A DNA stretch of 32,000 nt. Origin: Synechococcus sp. A15-28 (lineage in GTDB: Bacteria > Cyanobacteriota > Cyanobacteriia > PCC-6307 > Cyanobiaceae). The notes under the pieces are model-generated. The model searched no databases and had not been told where the DNA came from. It saw only the letters and a list, made by a program, of their open reading frames with translations. The translations under genes and the position numbers were made by a program. This document shows positions 8,283-17,820 of the stretch, in pieces (the first letter of the stretch is position 1; the number at the start of each line of letters is the position of its first letter). Location: positions 210,001 through 242,000 of the forward strand of contig NZ_CP047931.1 in NCBI RefSeq assembly GCF_014280175.1. Reading direction: 5' to 3'.

Positions 8283-9313
8283 GCTGCCGATCGATAGCCC
8301 ATCGGGTTGGCCTGCTGCCAGGCCCAGCCATCGCGGCACATCTCCTCGAGGCCTCGGCGTGCCCTCCAGCCCAGCACTGCTTCCGCCTGACGGGGACAGG
8401 CCTGCAGCCTGGGCACATCACCGGGCCGGCGGGCGACCACCTCGTAGGGAATGGTGAGGCCCGTGGCCGTTTCAAAACCCTGGATCACATCGAGCACGCT
8501 GAGTCCGGTGCCCGTGCCGATGTTCAGGGTCAGCTGGGTGGGCGACTCCTGGTTGAGCAGGTGGTTGAGGGTGACGCCATGGGCTTCCGCCAGATCCATC
8601 ACATGCAGGTAGTCGCGGATGCCGGTGCCGTCCGGCGTGGGGTAGTCCTGTCCAAATACCCGGAGTGTGTCCCGCCGTCCCGCTGCCACCTGGGTGATGA
8701 AGGGAAACAGGTTGTTGGGAACCCCAAGGGGGTCTTCCCCGATGCGGCCGCTGGGGTGGGCGCCCACCGGGTTGAAGTAGCGCAGGCAACCCACCCGCCA
8801 GGGCCCGGAGCGGCAAAGCGCTCCAAGCATCTGCTCCACGGCGAGTTTGGTCTGGGCGTAGGGATGCACCGGGGCGGTGGTCATCCCCTCGTGGAGTGGA
8901 AACTCTTCGGGCTCTCCATACACGGTGGAGGTGCTGCTGAACACGAGGGTTCGACAGCCGTGCCGTTCCATGGCCGCCGCCAGCACCCGGCTGCCGTTGA
9001 GGTTCACATCCCAGTAGCGCAGTGGGTCGGCCACCGATTCCCCCACCGCCTTGAGACCGGCGAAATGAATCACGCCATCCACTGGCCCATCGCAGCGGAA
9101 GGCATGATCCAGCACATCGGGGTCCCGCAGATCCCCCTCCACAAGCTGAAGGGCATCGGATGCTGCCAACGCCTTCACCCGTCGCAGGGCTTCCGGGCTG
9201 CTGTTGTCGAAGTTGTCCACCACCACAAGGGAGTGGCCCTGCTCCAACAGCACGAGAGCGGTATGGCTGCCGATGAAACCAGCCCCACCGGTGATCAGGA
9301 TCCTGCATGTCAT
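8279..9313 (-). CDS. galE: UDP-glucose 4-epimerase
   Basis: ILITGGAGFIGSHTALVLLEQGH, VDNFDNSS, VIHFAGLKAVGESV, YAQTKLAVEQML, YFNPVGAHPSG, GTGIRDYLHVMDLA. Confidence 0.95.
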   Translation of the reverse strand: MTCRILITGGAGFIGSHTALVLLEQGHSLVVVDNFDNSSPEALRRVKALAASDALQLVEGDLRDPDVLDHAFRCDGPVDGVIHFAGLKAVGESVADPLRYWDVNLNGSRVLAAAMERHGCRTLVFSSTSTVYGEPEEFPLHEGMTTAPVHPYAQTKLAVEQMLGALCRSGPWRVGCLRYFNPVGAHPSGRIGEDPLGVPNNLFPFITQVAAGRRDTLRVFGQDYPTPDGTGIRDYLHVMDLAEAHGVTLNHLLNQESPTQLTLNIGTGTGLSVLDVIQGFETATGLTIPYEVVARRPGDVPRLQACPRQAEAVLGWRARRGLEEMCRDGWAWQQANPMGYRSAA

Positions 9314-9403
9314 GGGGCGTGGGGTGCGCGTTGCCTGATTGTGGAGCAGGTCAGAGCCGGAACAGGTGTTTGCACTTAGTGTTCGGCCACCAGTGAACGA
9401 TGC

Positions 9404-10159
9404 GTGGAAGGCGGAACGACGCTCCCTGAGCTGAGGCGAGCCATTGGTGCCGACGGCAGAACTCTTTTACGGAAGTACAACCTGCTGAAACCCCTGGTGG
9501 AACAGATGATCACCAGCGAAGCCATCGCTGGTGTCGAGGTTTCCGCTGAAGCTCTCGAGAAAGCCAAGCTCGAGCTCCTGGATCAGCGGGGCTTCGAGAC
9601 CATGGAGCAGTGGTCGGAGATGCTCGCGGATCTGGGGCGGACCGATGAGGAAGTGATCGATCGGCTTGAGCGGGTGATCCGACGCCAGGAATACATCAGG
9701 GAGCGGTTCGCTCCCAAGGCTGAAGCGCGGTTCCTCGAGCGCAAAAACGAACTGGATCAGGTGGTCTACAGCCTCCTGCGACTGGCCAACAACTTCTTGG
9801 CCCGTGAGTTGTACCTCCAGATCGAGTCAGGGGAGTCCAACTTCGCCGATCTGGCCAAGCGTTACGCCGAAGGGCCAGAGCGCAACACCAACGGCATCGT
9901 CGGTCCGGTGTCGATGACCCAGGCCCATCCCGTTCTGGTCGAAAAGCTGCGGGTGGCCCAACCTGGCGTCCTGCTGGAGCCGTTCCGGATCGCTGATTGG
10001 TGGCTGGTGGTGCGGCTGGAGCGCTATTCCCCTGCCACCTTCACGCCTGAGGTGTCGGATCGAATGTGCCGGGAAATGTTTGATGCCTGGATCGAGGAGG
10101 AAACCGCCACTACCTTGAGCCGGCTTGAAGGCGAGTTCAGCGACTTCAGTATTTCCTGA
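9404..10159 (+). CDS. Parvulin-like peptidylprolyl-isomerase-family protein
   Basis: Helical SurA/PrsA-like N-terminus, then LYLQIESGESNFADLAKRYAEGPERNTNGIVGPVSM, similar to the parvulin core. GTG start at 9404; in-frame stop at 9377 and no nearer ATG. Directly upstream of the ABC/HlyD pair. Confidence 0.75.
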   Translation: MEGGTTLPELRRAIGADGRTLLRKYNLLKPLVEQMITSEAIAGVEVSAEALEKAKLELLDQRGFETMEQWSEMLADLGRTDEEVIDRLERVIRRQEYIRERFAPKAEARFLERKNELDQVVYSLLRLANNFLARELYLQIESGESNFADLAKRYAEGPERNTNGIVGPVSMTQAHPVLVEKLRVAQPGVLLEPFRIADWWLVVRLERYSPATFTPEVSDRMCREMFDAWIEEETATTLSRLEGEFSDFSIS

Positions 10160-13077
10160 TGACCCAGTCCCCTCCCTTCCCACTGCTCAAGCACCCTGCC
10201 TTCCAGGACTTGTCCGATGCCGCTTTGTCGCGGTTGCAAGGCTCCACCAAGTTGCTGCGTTTCGAGCTGGGTCAGCAGCTGTGCGAGCCGGATGACATCC
10301 CGGCCAGGATCCTGGTGTTGCTCAAGGGTCAGGCCCGTCTTGTGGGTCGTCATAACGGCCGCCTTACCACCGTCGGCAAATTTGGCCCGGGCAGTGTGAT
10401 CGGTGCCGCCAGCCTGCTCTGCGGCAGTGCTTGCGAGAACGTGATCGCCTCGGACGAAGTGATCGCCTGCGCGATTTCCGATGAAGAGTGGACCCAGCTC
10501 TACGGCGAGGAGGAGTCGTTCCGCCTCTGGTGCGACGAGCAGCTCTGGCCGCAGGAACTGCTGGCGTTGCTGGAGGTCCTCGAGGAGGGAACGGCAGAGA
10601 CCGAAAGCTCCGCCCTCGAGCAGCTTGAGCAGATGTTTAAGACTGCCAAACGCTGCCGCCCTGATGCAGAGGCGATTGATGCGGCGTTGGCGACAGGTGG
10701 CCGGCTGCACCTCACCAGCTGCTGGGGGGACGCCACGGTTGGCCAGCCCATTCGAGCGGTCACCGATCTCCCCTCGACGGTTCGTTTCGGTCCACGGCTT
10801 GTGCTGGTCCCTGGCTCGTCCGAGGCCAGCGTTGCGCAGGAGCCCGGCGGCGATCTCGTACCCGTCAATGCTGTTGAGGATGCTGAGCTGCTCCCACCGG
10901 TGAGTCGCTACAGCCCAGAGCGCAACGTGGTGGACAGCCTGAGGCTGATCCGCGCTGAAGGCCCGATCCAGGAAACGCTGGCCTGCTTCCAGATGCTGGC
11001 CCAATTGATGAAGCTGCCGTTCCGGCGCGATTCAATCGAGAAGGTTCTGCAGGACAACCTGCGTCGCGGTCTCACCCCCAACCTTCAGCTCTGCGGCCAG
11101 TTGGCGGCCAGCCTCGGACTTCACGTCATGGCGGCGAAGGTGCCAGCCGTGGCGGGCACCCGCCTGCAGGTGCCATCGATGGTTCCCTGGCAGGGCGGGT
11201 TCGCCCTGGTGGTGGCCAGCAACGAACAGGGCCTGAAGCTCGCCTCGCCGAAACACGGCATGGTCACGTTGGGTCCCACTGACCTGGCGGATTGTTTCCC
11301 CGAGGGCATCGAACTGCTCCTCATGGAGCGATCCAATGCCACCCCCGATCAGAAGTTCGGTCCGGGTTGGTTCTGGCCGGCTCTCAAGCGCTACCGGGGT
11401 GTGCTGATCCAGGTGCTGGCGGCCAGTTTCGTGGTGCAGTTGTTCACCCTGGCCAACCCCCTGCTGATTCAGGTGATCATCGACAAGGTGATCAGCCAGC
11501 GCAGCCTGGACACGCTGCAGGTGCTGGGCATCGCCCTGGTGGTGGTGACGATTCTGGAAGGGGTGCTGGGCAGCCTCAAGACGTTCCTGTTTGCTGAAAC
11601 CACGAACCGGATCGATCAGCGCCTCGGCGCCGAAGTGATCGACCACCTGCTGCGCCTTCCCCTGGGTTATTTCGACCGCCGCCCGGTGGGTGAGCTCGGC
11701 ACCCGGGTGGCCGAGCTCGAGAAGATCCGCAATTTCCTCACGGGTCAGGCGCTCACCACGATCCTGGATGCCGCCTTCTCGGTGATCTACATCCTGGTGA
11801 TGGTGGTCTACAGCTTGCTGCTCACCCTGATCGCCCTGTCCGTGCTGCCGATTCAGATCGGACTCACGGTGCTGGGGGCTCCGCTGTTCCGCCGTCAGTT
11901 CCGTGCTGCCGCGGAGGAGAACGCCAAGACCCAGAGCCATCTCGTGGAAGTGCTCACGGGCATCCAGACGGTGAAGGCCCAGAACGTGGAGATGGTCAGC
12001 CGTTGGCGGTGGCAGGAGTTTTATTCCCAGTACATCGCCCGCACGTTTGAGAAGACGATCACCGGCACGGCTCTGAACCAGACCAGCCAGGTGCTGCAGA
12101 AGATCTCCCAGCTGATGGTGCTCTGGATCGGCGCCTCGATGGTGCTCAGCGGTGATCTGACCCTGGGCCAGCTGATCGCGTTCCGCATCATTTCCGGTTA
12201 TGTCACCCAGCCGCTGCTGCGGTTGTCGACGATCTGGCAGAGCATCCAGGAACTGCGGGTGAGCTTTGAGCGTCTCGCTGACGTGATTGACACCCCTGAG
12301 GAATCCGATGAGGTGGATAAATCCAAGGTGATGCTGCCTCCGTTGCAGGGGGAGGTGCGGTTCGAGGATCTGTCCTTCCGCTTCCGTCCCGGACAACCGG
12401 AGGTGTTGAAGGACATCAACCTGGAGATCAAGGCCGGCACATTCGTTGGCATCGTCGGCCAGAGCGGCAGCGGCAAGAGCACTCTGATGAAGTTGCTGCC
12501 GCGGCTGTATGAGCCCGGTGAGGGCCGGATCCTGATCGACGGCTACGACATCGCCAAGGTGGAGCTGTATTCGCTCCGCCGCCAGATCGGCATCGTGCCC
12601 CAGGATCCGCTGCTGTTCAGCGGCACCGTCAGCGAGAACATCGCCCTGACGAATCCAGAGGCTTCCAGCGAGGAGATCGTTCGGGCGGCTCAGTTGGCCA
12701 ATGCCCACGATTTCATCATGGAACTCCCCAGCGGCTACAGCACGCCGGTGGGCGAACGCGGCGCTTCCCTGAGTGGTGGCCAGCGTCAGCGGGTGGCGAT
12801 TGCCAGGACCCTGCTGAGCAATCCCAAGTTGCTCGTCATGGACGAAGCCACCAGCGCCCTCGACTATGAAACCGAGCGCAAGGTCTGCGACAACCTGCTG
12901 GAGAACCTGGACGACCAGACGGTGTTCTTCATCACCCATCGTCTGTCCACCATCCGTCAGGCCGATGTGATTGTCATGCTGCACCAGGGCGCCGTGGTGG
13001 AAGTCGGCACCCATGAGGAGTTGATGAATCACCGGGGTCGCTACTACGCCCTATACCGCCAGCAGGAGAGCACCTGA
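10159..13077 (+). CDS. Type I secretion-type ABC transporter: cNMP-binding-like domain, C39-like domain, ABC transmembrane domain and ATPase
   Basis: cNMP-fold-like N-terminus; C39-like region around residues 260-400; GQSGSGKST Walker A; LSGGQRQRVAIARTLLSNPKLLVMDEATSALD; THRLST H-loop. Confidence 0.93.
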   Translation: MTQSPPFPLLKHPAFQDLSDAALSRLQGSTKLLRFELGQQLCEPDDIPARILVLLKGQARLVGRHNGRLTTVGKFGPGSVIGAASLLCGSACENVIASDEVIACAISDEEWTQLYGEEESFRLWCDEQLWPQELLALLEVLEEGTAETESSALEQLEQMFKTAKRCRPDAEAIDAALATGGRLHLTSCWGDATVGQPIRAVTDLPSTVRFGPRLVLVPGSSEASVAQEPGGDLVPVNAVEDAELLPPVSRYSPERNVVDSLRLIRAEGPIQETLACFQMLAQLMKLPFRRDSIEKVLQDNLRRGLTPNLQLCGQLAASLGLHVMAAKVPAVAGTRLQVPSMVPWQGGFALVVASNEQGLKLASPKHGMVTLGPTDLADCFPEGIELLLMERSNATPDQKFGPGWFWPALKRYRGVLIQVLAASFVVQLFTLANPLLIQVIIDKVISQRSLDTLQVLGIALVVVTILEGVLGSLKTFLFAETTNRIDQRLGAEVIDHLLRLPLGYFDRRPVGELGTRVAELEKIRNFLTGQALTTILDAAFSVIYILVMVVYSLLLTLIALSVLPIQIGLTVLGAPLFRRQFRAAAEENAKTQSHLVEVLTGIQTVKAQNVEMVSRWRWQEFYSQYIARTFEKTITGTALNQTSQVLQKISQLMVLWIGASMVLSGDLTLGQLIAFRIISGYVTQPLLRLSTIWQSIQELRVSFERLADVIDTPEESDEVDKSKVMLPPLQGEVRFEDLSFRFRPGQPEVLKDINLEIKAGTFVGIVGQSGSGKSTLMKLLPRLYEPGEGRILIDGYDIAKVELYSLRRQIGIVPQDPLLFSGTVSENIALTNPEASSEEIVRAAQLANAHDFIMELPSGYSTPVGERGASLSGGQRQRVAIARTLLSNPKLLVMDEATSALDYETERKVCDNLLENLDDQTVFFITHRLSTIRQADVIVMLHQGAVVEVGTHEELMNHRGRYYALYRQQEST

Positions 13078-13079
13078 CC

Positions 13080-14270
13080 ATGAAGCTCAATCCGTTCAGG
13101 CGCAACACCGCCGCCTCCAACCAGGACTCCTCTGTTTTCGTCACCTACGACGAATCGGTGCTGCAGCAGGGTCGTTTCTGGATGAAGACCGTCACCTGGA
13201 CCTTGATCGGCACCACGGTGTTTGGCGTGGCCTGGCTGGCGCTGGCTCGCACCGAGGAGATCGTCGTGGCCCCTGGCCAGTTGGAGCCAGTCGGTTCTGT
13301 TCAGGACATCCAGATGCCTGTGGGTGGCGTAGCGGATCAGATCCTGGTGAAGGAAGGGGATGCTGTGAAGGCTGGTCAGGTGTTGATGAAATTGGACACC
13401 GAAGCCTCTGAAGAACAGCGTCTCAGCCTTGAGAAAACCATCAAACTCAAGCAGGAGCAGCTGCGTCTCAAGGACCAGGAAAAGCAGAGATACCTCCAAG
13501 TGAACAACGAGGAGGTCCAGATGTTGGAAAACAACCTTGAGCTGCAGTCCGAGATCCTCGAACGATTCGAGGAGTTGGAGGAGGCTGGGGCGACCTCCGA
13601 GCTGCAATACCTCAGCCAGCAGAACGCCGTGGAGGAGACCCGCGGCCGTCTGTTGCAGACCAAGGCAGACCGCCTCCGGCAAGTGGCGCTGCTGGAGCAG
13701 CAGGTGGCGCAGCTCAACTCGGAACTGGCCGATCTGACGGGCCGCCTGGCGGAAGCAAGGGTCACGCTGCGCTATCAGCAATTGAAATCCCCTGTCGATG
13801 GGGTGATCTTTGATCTTCAGCCCACATCAGCTGGCTTCACCGCCCAGTCCACCCAGACCGTGATGAAGGTGGTTCCTTACGGCTCCCTGGAAGCCAAGGT
13901 GGAAGTGCCGAGCAACAAGATCGGTTTTGTCACGGTGCCACCCGGATGTCCCAAGGATCTGGAGAGCTGCATGAAAGCCGACATCAGCATCGATTCCTAT
14001 CCATCAACGGATTTCGGCGTGTTGGAAGGGAAGGTGACGCGCATCGGTTCTGATGCTCTGCCGCCGGACCCCCAGGAGCAACGTCAGGAACTGAGCTTCC
14101 CCGTCACCGTCAAGCTCGATCAGCAGACGCTGGAGCTGAAAAGCGGCACGGCACTGCCGCTGCAGGTGGGCATGAGCCTGACGGCCAACATCAAGCTGCG
14201 CAAGGTCTCATACCTGCAGCTGCTGCTGGGTGAGTTTCAGGACAAGGCTGAATCGCTGCAGCGCCTCTGA
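13080..14270 (+). CDS. HlyD-family periplasmic adaptor (membrane fusion protein)
   Basis: Single N-terminal TM, biotinyl-lipoyl-like VAPGQLEPVGSVQDIQMPVGGVADQILVKEGDAVKAGQVLMKLD, long coiled coil, LKSPVDGVIFDLQ. Starts 3 nt after the ABC stop. Confidence 0.93.
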   Translation: MKLNPFRRNTAASNQDSSVFVTYDESVLQQGRFWMKTVTWTLIGTTVFGVAWLALARTEEIVVAPGQLEPVGSVQDIQMPVGGVADQILVKEGDAVKAGQVLMKLDTEASEEQRLSLEKTIKLKQEQLRLKDQEKQRYLQVNNEEVQMLENNLELQSEILERFEELEEAGATSELQYLSQQNAVEETRGRLLQTKADRLRQVALLEQQVAQLNSELADLTGRLAEARVTLRYQQLKSPVDGVIFDLQPTSAGFTAQSTQTVMKVVPYGSLEAKVEVPSNKIGFVTVPPGCPKDLESCMKADISIDSYPSTDFGVLEGKVTRIGSDALPPDPQEQRQELSFPVTVKLDQQTLELKSGTALPLQVGMSLTANIKLRKVSYLQLLLGEFQDKAESLQRL

Positions 14271-14276
14271 GCCCAG

Positions 14277-15527
14277 ATGCGAATCCTTTTCGTTCATCAG
14301 AACTTCCCTGGCCAGTACGTCCACATCATTCAGCGGCTCGCTCAGCAGGGGCAGCATCAGCTGGTGGCCCTTGGCATCAATGCTCTTGATCGTGGTCGCG
14401 GCATTCCCGAGAGCCTTAACCATTTCCGTTACGGCCTCGATCGCGGCAACACCCCAGGAGGCCATCCCTTAGTGATGGAGACTGAATCCAAGATCATTCG
14501 TGCTGAGGGCTGTGCCCGTGCTGCTGAGCAGCTCAAGGCGAAGGGCTTCACACCTGATTTGATCTGTGCCCATCCCGGTTGGGGTGAATCACTTTTTCTC
14601 AAGGGGATCTGGCCGGGATCGCCTCTGCTTTGTTACCAGGAGTTTTTTTACAACGAGCACGGTTTCGATTCCAATTTCGATCCCGAGTTTTCGGACGAAC
14701 GTAATTGGCAGGCTCAGGCAAAATTAACCATGAAGAATGCCTATCTGCACCTGACTCTGGAACAGGCGGACTGGAACGTTTCGCCCACGCAATTTCAGGC
14801 CAGCAGCTTCCCGGAGCATTGGCGGCGCCGGATCAGCGTGATCCACGACGGTGTGGACACCCGAAAGGCCATTCCCAATCCAGCACCAGCCTCGCTCAAG
14901 CTTCCAGATGGCACCGTTTTGGAGAAAGGCCAACCGATCGTCACCTTTGTGAATCGACGATTGGAGCCCTATCGCGGATGTCACACCTTCCTGCGAGCGA
15001 TTCCCGACCTCCAGCGCCAAGCACCGGATGCGCGCCTTGTGATCGTCGGTGAAGGCAAAGGTGTGAGTTACGGCTCGGCTTGCCCAGAGGGTGAATGGAA
15101 GGACCGATTTTTGGCGGAGATAGAGGGGCAATACGACCCAAGCCGTGTGCATTTCACCGGCACGCTTCCTTACAGCCAGTTCATTCCTCTTCTGCAGCTC
15201 AGTGCTTGTCACGTTTACCTCACCTATCCCTTCGTGATGAGTTGGAGCCTGCTGGAGGCCATGGCCTGCGGTTGTGCGGTGGTGGGGTCCGATACAGCTC
15301 CGGTACGGGAGGTGATTTGCCATGGCGAGAACGGGTTGCTGGTGGATTTCTTTTCCCCGGCGGATCTGGCGTCAGCGGTGGCTGAGCAGCTTCGGGACCG
15401 TGAAAGGGCTACGGCCTTTGGTCAGGCAGCACGACGAACGGTGGAACGCACCTACGACCTTGATGCTTGTGTGACGCGACATCTGGCACTGATGGATCTG
15501 GTGGCCAGCGGCAGCATCAACCCTTGA
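14277..15527 (+). CDS. Glycosyltransferase family 4 protein
   Basis: MRILFVHQNFPGQYVHIIQRLAQQGQH, VSPTQFQASSFPEHWRRRISVIHDGVDT and SWSLLEAMACGCAVVGSDTAPVREVI GT-B motifs. Confidence 0.92.
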   Translation: MRILFVHQNFPGQYVHIIQRLAQQGQHQLVALGINALDRGRGIPESLNHFRYGLDRGNTPGGHPLVMETESKIIRAEGCARAAEQLKAKGFTPDLICAHPGWGESLFLKGIWPGSPLLCYQEFFYNEHGFDSNFDPEFSDERNWQAQAKLTMKNAYLHLTLEQADWNVSPTQFQASSFPEHWRRRISVIHDGVDTRKAIPNPAPASLKLPDGTVLEKGQPIVTFVNRRLEPYRGCHTFLRAIPDLQRQAPDARLVIVGEGKGVSYGSACPEGEWKDRFLAEIEGQYDPSRVHFTGTLPYSQFIPLLQLSACHVYLTYPFVMSWSLLEAMACGCAVVGSDTAPVREVICHGENGLLVDFFSPADLASAVAEQLRDRERATAFGQAARRTVERTYDLDACVTRHLALMDLVASGSINP

Positions 15528-15575
15528 GCAGTGGCATCAGGGGGCAGACTGAGCCGCTGTACCTGCACCCGAGTC

Positions 15576-16868
15576 GTGAGTCAGCTGCAGAGCCTCAGGG
15601 GCATGGTGGATCTGCTGCCGCAGACTCTGCAGCGGTGGCAGGCCGTGGAAGCCGTCGCCCGGGAGCATTTCCGCTGCTCCGGTTTCGGTGAAATCCGCAC
15701 GCCGTTGCTGGAAACCACCGATCTCTTCTGCCGTGGCATTGGCGAAGGCACCGATGTGGTGGGCAAGGAGATGTACAGCTTCACAGACCGCGGTGATCGC
15801 GCTTGCACCCTGCGGCCGGAGGGCACCGCCTCAGTTGTAAGGGCAACATTGCAGCACGGGCTGTTGAGCCAGGGCGCCCAGAAGTTCTGGTACGCCGGCC
15901 CGATGTTCCGCTACGAGCGGCCCCAGGCCGGGCGCCAGCGCCAGTTCCATCAGATCGGTGTGGAGTGGCTGGGGGCGGAGAGCGCCCGCAGCGATGTTGA
16001 GGTGATTGCCCTCGCCTGGGATCTGTTGGCCCGGTTGGGGGTGGGTGGCCTCGAGCTGGAGATCAACAGCCTGGGTTCGCCGGAGGATCGGAGGGCCTAC
16101 CGGGCGGCTCTGGTGAGCTGGCTGGAGCAGCGGCTGGACCAACTGGACGACGACTCCCGCGCCCGACTCACCACCAATCCCCTGCGCATTCTCGATTCTA
16201 AAAACAAGGACACCCAGGCCTTGCTTGAGCAGGCGCCCACCCTGGGCGATGCCCTCAGTCCCGAGAGTCGGCAGCGCTTTGCTGACGTGCAGCAGGGGCT
16301 CACGGCCCTGGGCATTCCCTTCCGGCTCAATCCGCGGCTGGTGCGGGGGCTGGATTACTACGGCCACACCGCCTTCGAGATCACCAGCGATCAACTGGGG
16401 GCGCAGGCCACCGTCTGCGGTGGTGGGCGATACGACGGTTTGATCGCTCAACTGGGTGGAGCGGCCACGCCGGCCATCGGCTGGGCCCTGGGCATGGAGC
16501 GGCTGTTGCTGGTGCTGGAGGCAGCGGCGAAGGCTGATCCGCATGGAGTGGCCGCGCAGCTGGTGGGTGCACCAGCCCCTGATGCCTATGTGGTCAATCG
16601 CGGCGAACTGGCGGAGACCATGGCGCTGAAGCTCGCGCGGGGCCTGCGGGCTGCAGGTTTGACCGTGGAGCTGGATGGGTCGGGTTCCGCCTTCGGCAAG
16701 CAGTTCAAGCGGGCCGATCGCTGCGGTGCCCCCTGGGCTCTGGTGCTGGGTGACGATGAAGCAGCCCGCGCTGAGGTGCGTCTCAAGCCGCTGCAGCACA
16801 AGGGTGAAGAACGGTCCTGGGCAGTCGACGACATTGCCGCGATCGTGGAGGCGCTGCGCAACCCCTGA
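15576..16868 (+). CDS. hisS: Histidyl-tRNA synthetase
   Basis: [92 protein letters not shown] at 15576 preferred; the frame is open to a GTG at 15531. Confidence 0.94.
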   Translation: MSQLQSLRGMVDLLPQTLQRWQAVEAVAREHFRCSGFGEIRTPLLETTDLFCRGIGEGTDVVGKEMYSFTDRGDRACTLRPEGTASVVRATLQHGLLSQGAQKFWYAGPMFRYERPQAGRQRQFHQIGVEWLGAESARSDVEVIALAWDLLARLGVGGLELEINSLGSPEDRRAYRAALVSWLEQRLDQLDDDSRARLTTNPLRILDSKNKDTQALLEQAPTLGDALSPESRQRFADVQQGLTALGIPFRLNPRLVRGLDYYGHTAFEITSDQLGAQATVCGGGRYDGLIAQLGGAATPAIGWALGMERLLLVLEAAAKADPHGVAAQLVGAPAPDAYVVNRGELAETMALKLARGLRAAGLTVELDGSGSAFGKQFKRADRCGAPWALVLGDDEAARAEVRLKPLQHKGEERSWAVDDIAAIVEALRNP

Positions 16869-16869
16869 G

Positions 16870-17820
16870 ATGCGGATTCACCTCGTCACCGGTGGGGCCG
16901 GGTTCCTGGGCTCCCATCTGATTGACCGGCTGATGGAGGCCGGTGATGAGGTGATCTGCCTCGACAACTATTTCACCGGTCGCAAGCGCAACATCGCCCG
17001 TTGGATCGGTCATTCCCGCTTCGAGTTGATCCGCCACGACGTCACCGAGCCGATCAAGCTGGAGGTGGATCGGATCTGGCATCTGGCCTGCCCGGCGTCG
17101 CCGATTCATTACCAGACCAATCCGGTGAAGACTGCCAAGACCAGTTTTCTCGGTACCTACAACATGCTGGGCCTGGCCCGGCGGGTGGGGGCACGGTTGC
17201 TGCTGGCCAGCACCAGTGAGGTGTACGGCGATCCGGAGGTGCATCCCCAGCCCGAGAGTTATCGGGGCTGCGTGAATCCCATCGGCATCCGCAGCTGCTA
17301 CGACGAGGGCAAACGCATCGCTGAGACCCTCTGTTTTGACTACCAGCGGATGAATGGTGTGGAGGTGAGGGTGGCGCGCATCTTCAACACCTATGGCCCG
17401 CGGATGTTGATCGATGACGGCCGGGTGGTGGGCAACTTCATTGTTCAAGCCCTGCGGGGTGAGCCGTTGACGCTTTATGGCGATGGTTCCCAGACCCGAT
17501 CGTTCTGTTTCGTCAGCGACCTGATCGAGGGGTTGATCCGCTTGATGAACGGTGCCGATACCGGTCCGATCAACCTGGGCAATCCCGATGAATTCACCAT
17601 CCGTCAGCTGGCGGAGCTGGTGCGCCAGCGAATTAACCCGCAGCTGCCCCTGATCGAAAAGCCGTTGCCCCTGGATGACCCCCGTCAGCGTCGCCCGCTG
17701 ATCGACCTGGCGCGAGACCAGCTGCAGTGGCAGCCGACTGTGTCACTGGAGCAGGGACTGGGACCGACGATCGACTCCTTCCGTAGTGTCCTGGCACTGG
17801 AGGAGGACCGCGGCGCGTGA
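16870..17820 (+). CDS. UDP-glucuronate decarboxylase (UDP-xylose synthase), SDR family
   Basis: [86 protein letters not shown] are diagnostic UXS motifs. ATG at 16870 follows the hisS stop; the 16675 ORF start is spurious. Confidence 0.93.
   Translation: MRIHLVTGGAGFLGSHLIDRLMEAGDEVICLDNYFTGRKRNIARWIGHSRFELIRHDVTEPIKLEVDRIWHLACPASPIHYQTNPVKTAKTSFLGTYNMLGLARRVGARLLLASTSEVYGDPEVHPQPESYRGCVNPIGIRSCYDEGKRIAETLCFDYQRMNGVEVRVARIFNTYGPRMLIDDGRVVGNFIVQALRGEPLTLYGDGSQTRSFCFVSDLIEGLIRLMNGADTGPINLGNPDEFTIRQLAELVRQRINPQLPLIEKPLPLDDPRQRRPLIDLARDQLQWQPTVSLEQGLGPTIDSFRSVLALEEDRGA

Noticed and set aside
11032-13032. 666-aa minus-strand ORF antisense to the ABC transporter
   Set aside because: Same shadow pattern (His/Gln/Leu/Ala-rich, no motif), while the sense strand is a convincing ABC exporter.
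10159-13077. Possible bacteriocin/lanthipeptide maturation exporter (C39 peptidase ABC, as for prochlorosins)
   Set aside because: The C39-like domain lacks the catalytic Cys and His, and I see no double-glycine leader peptides or LanM-like enzyme in the window.
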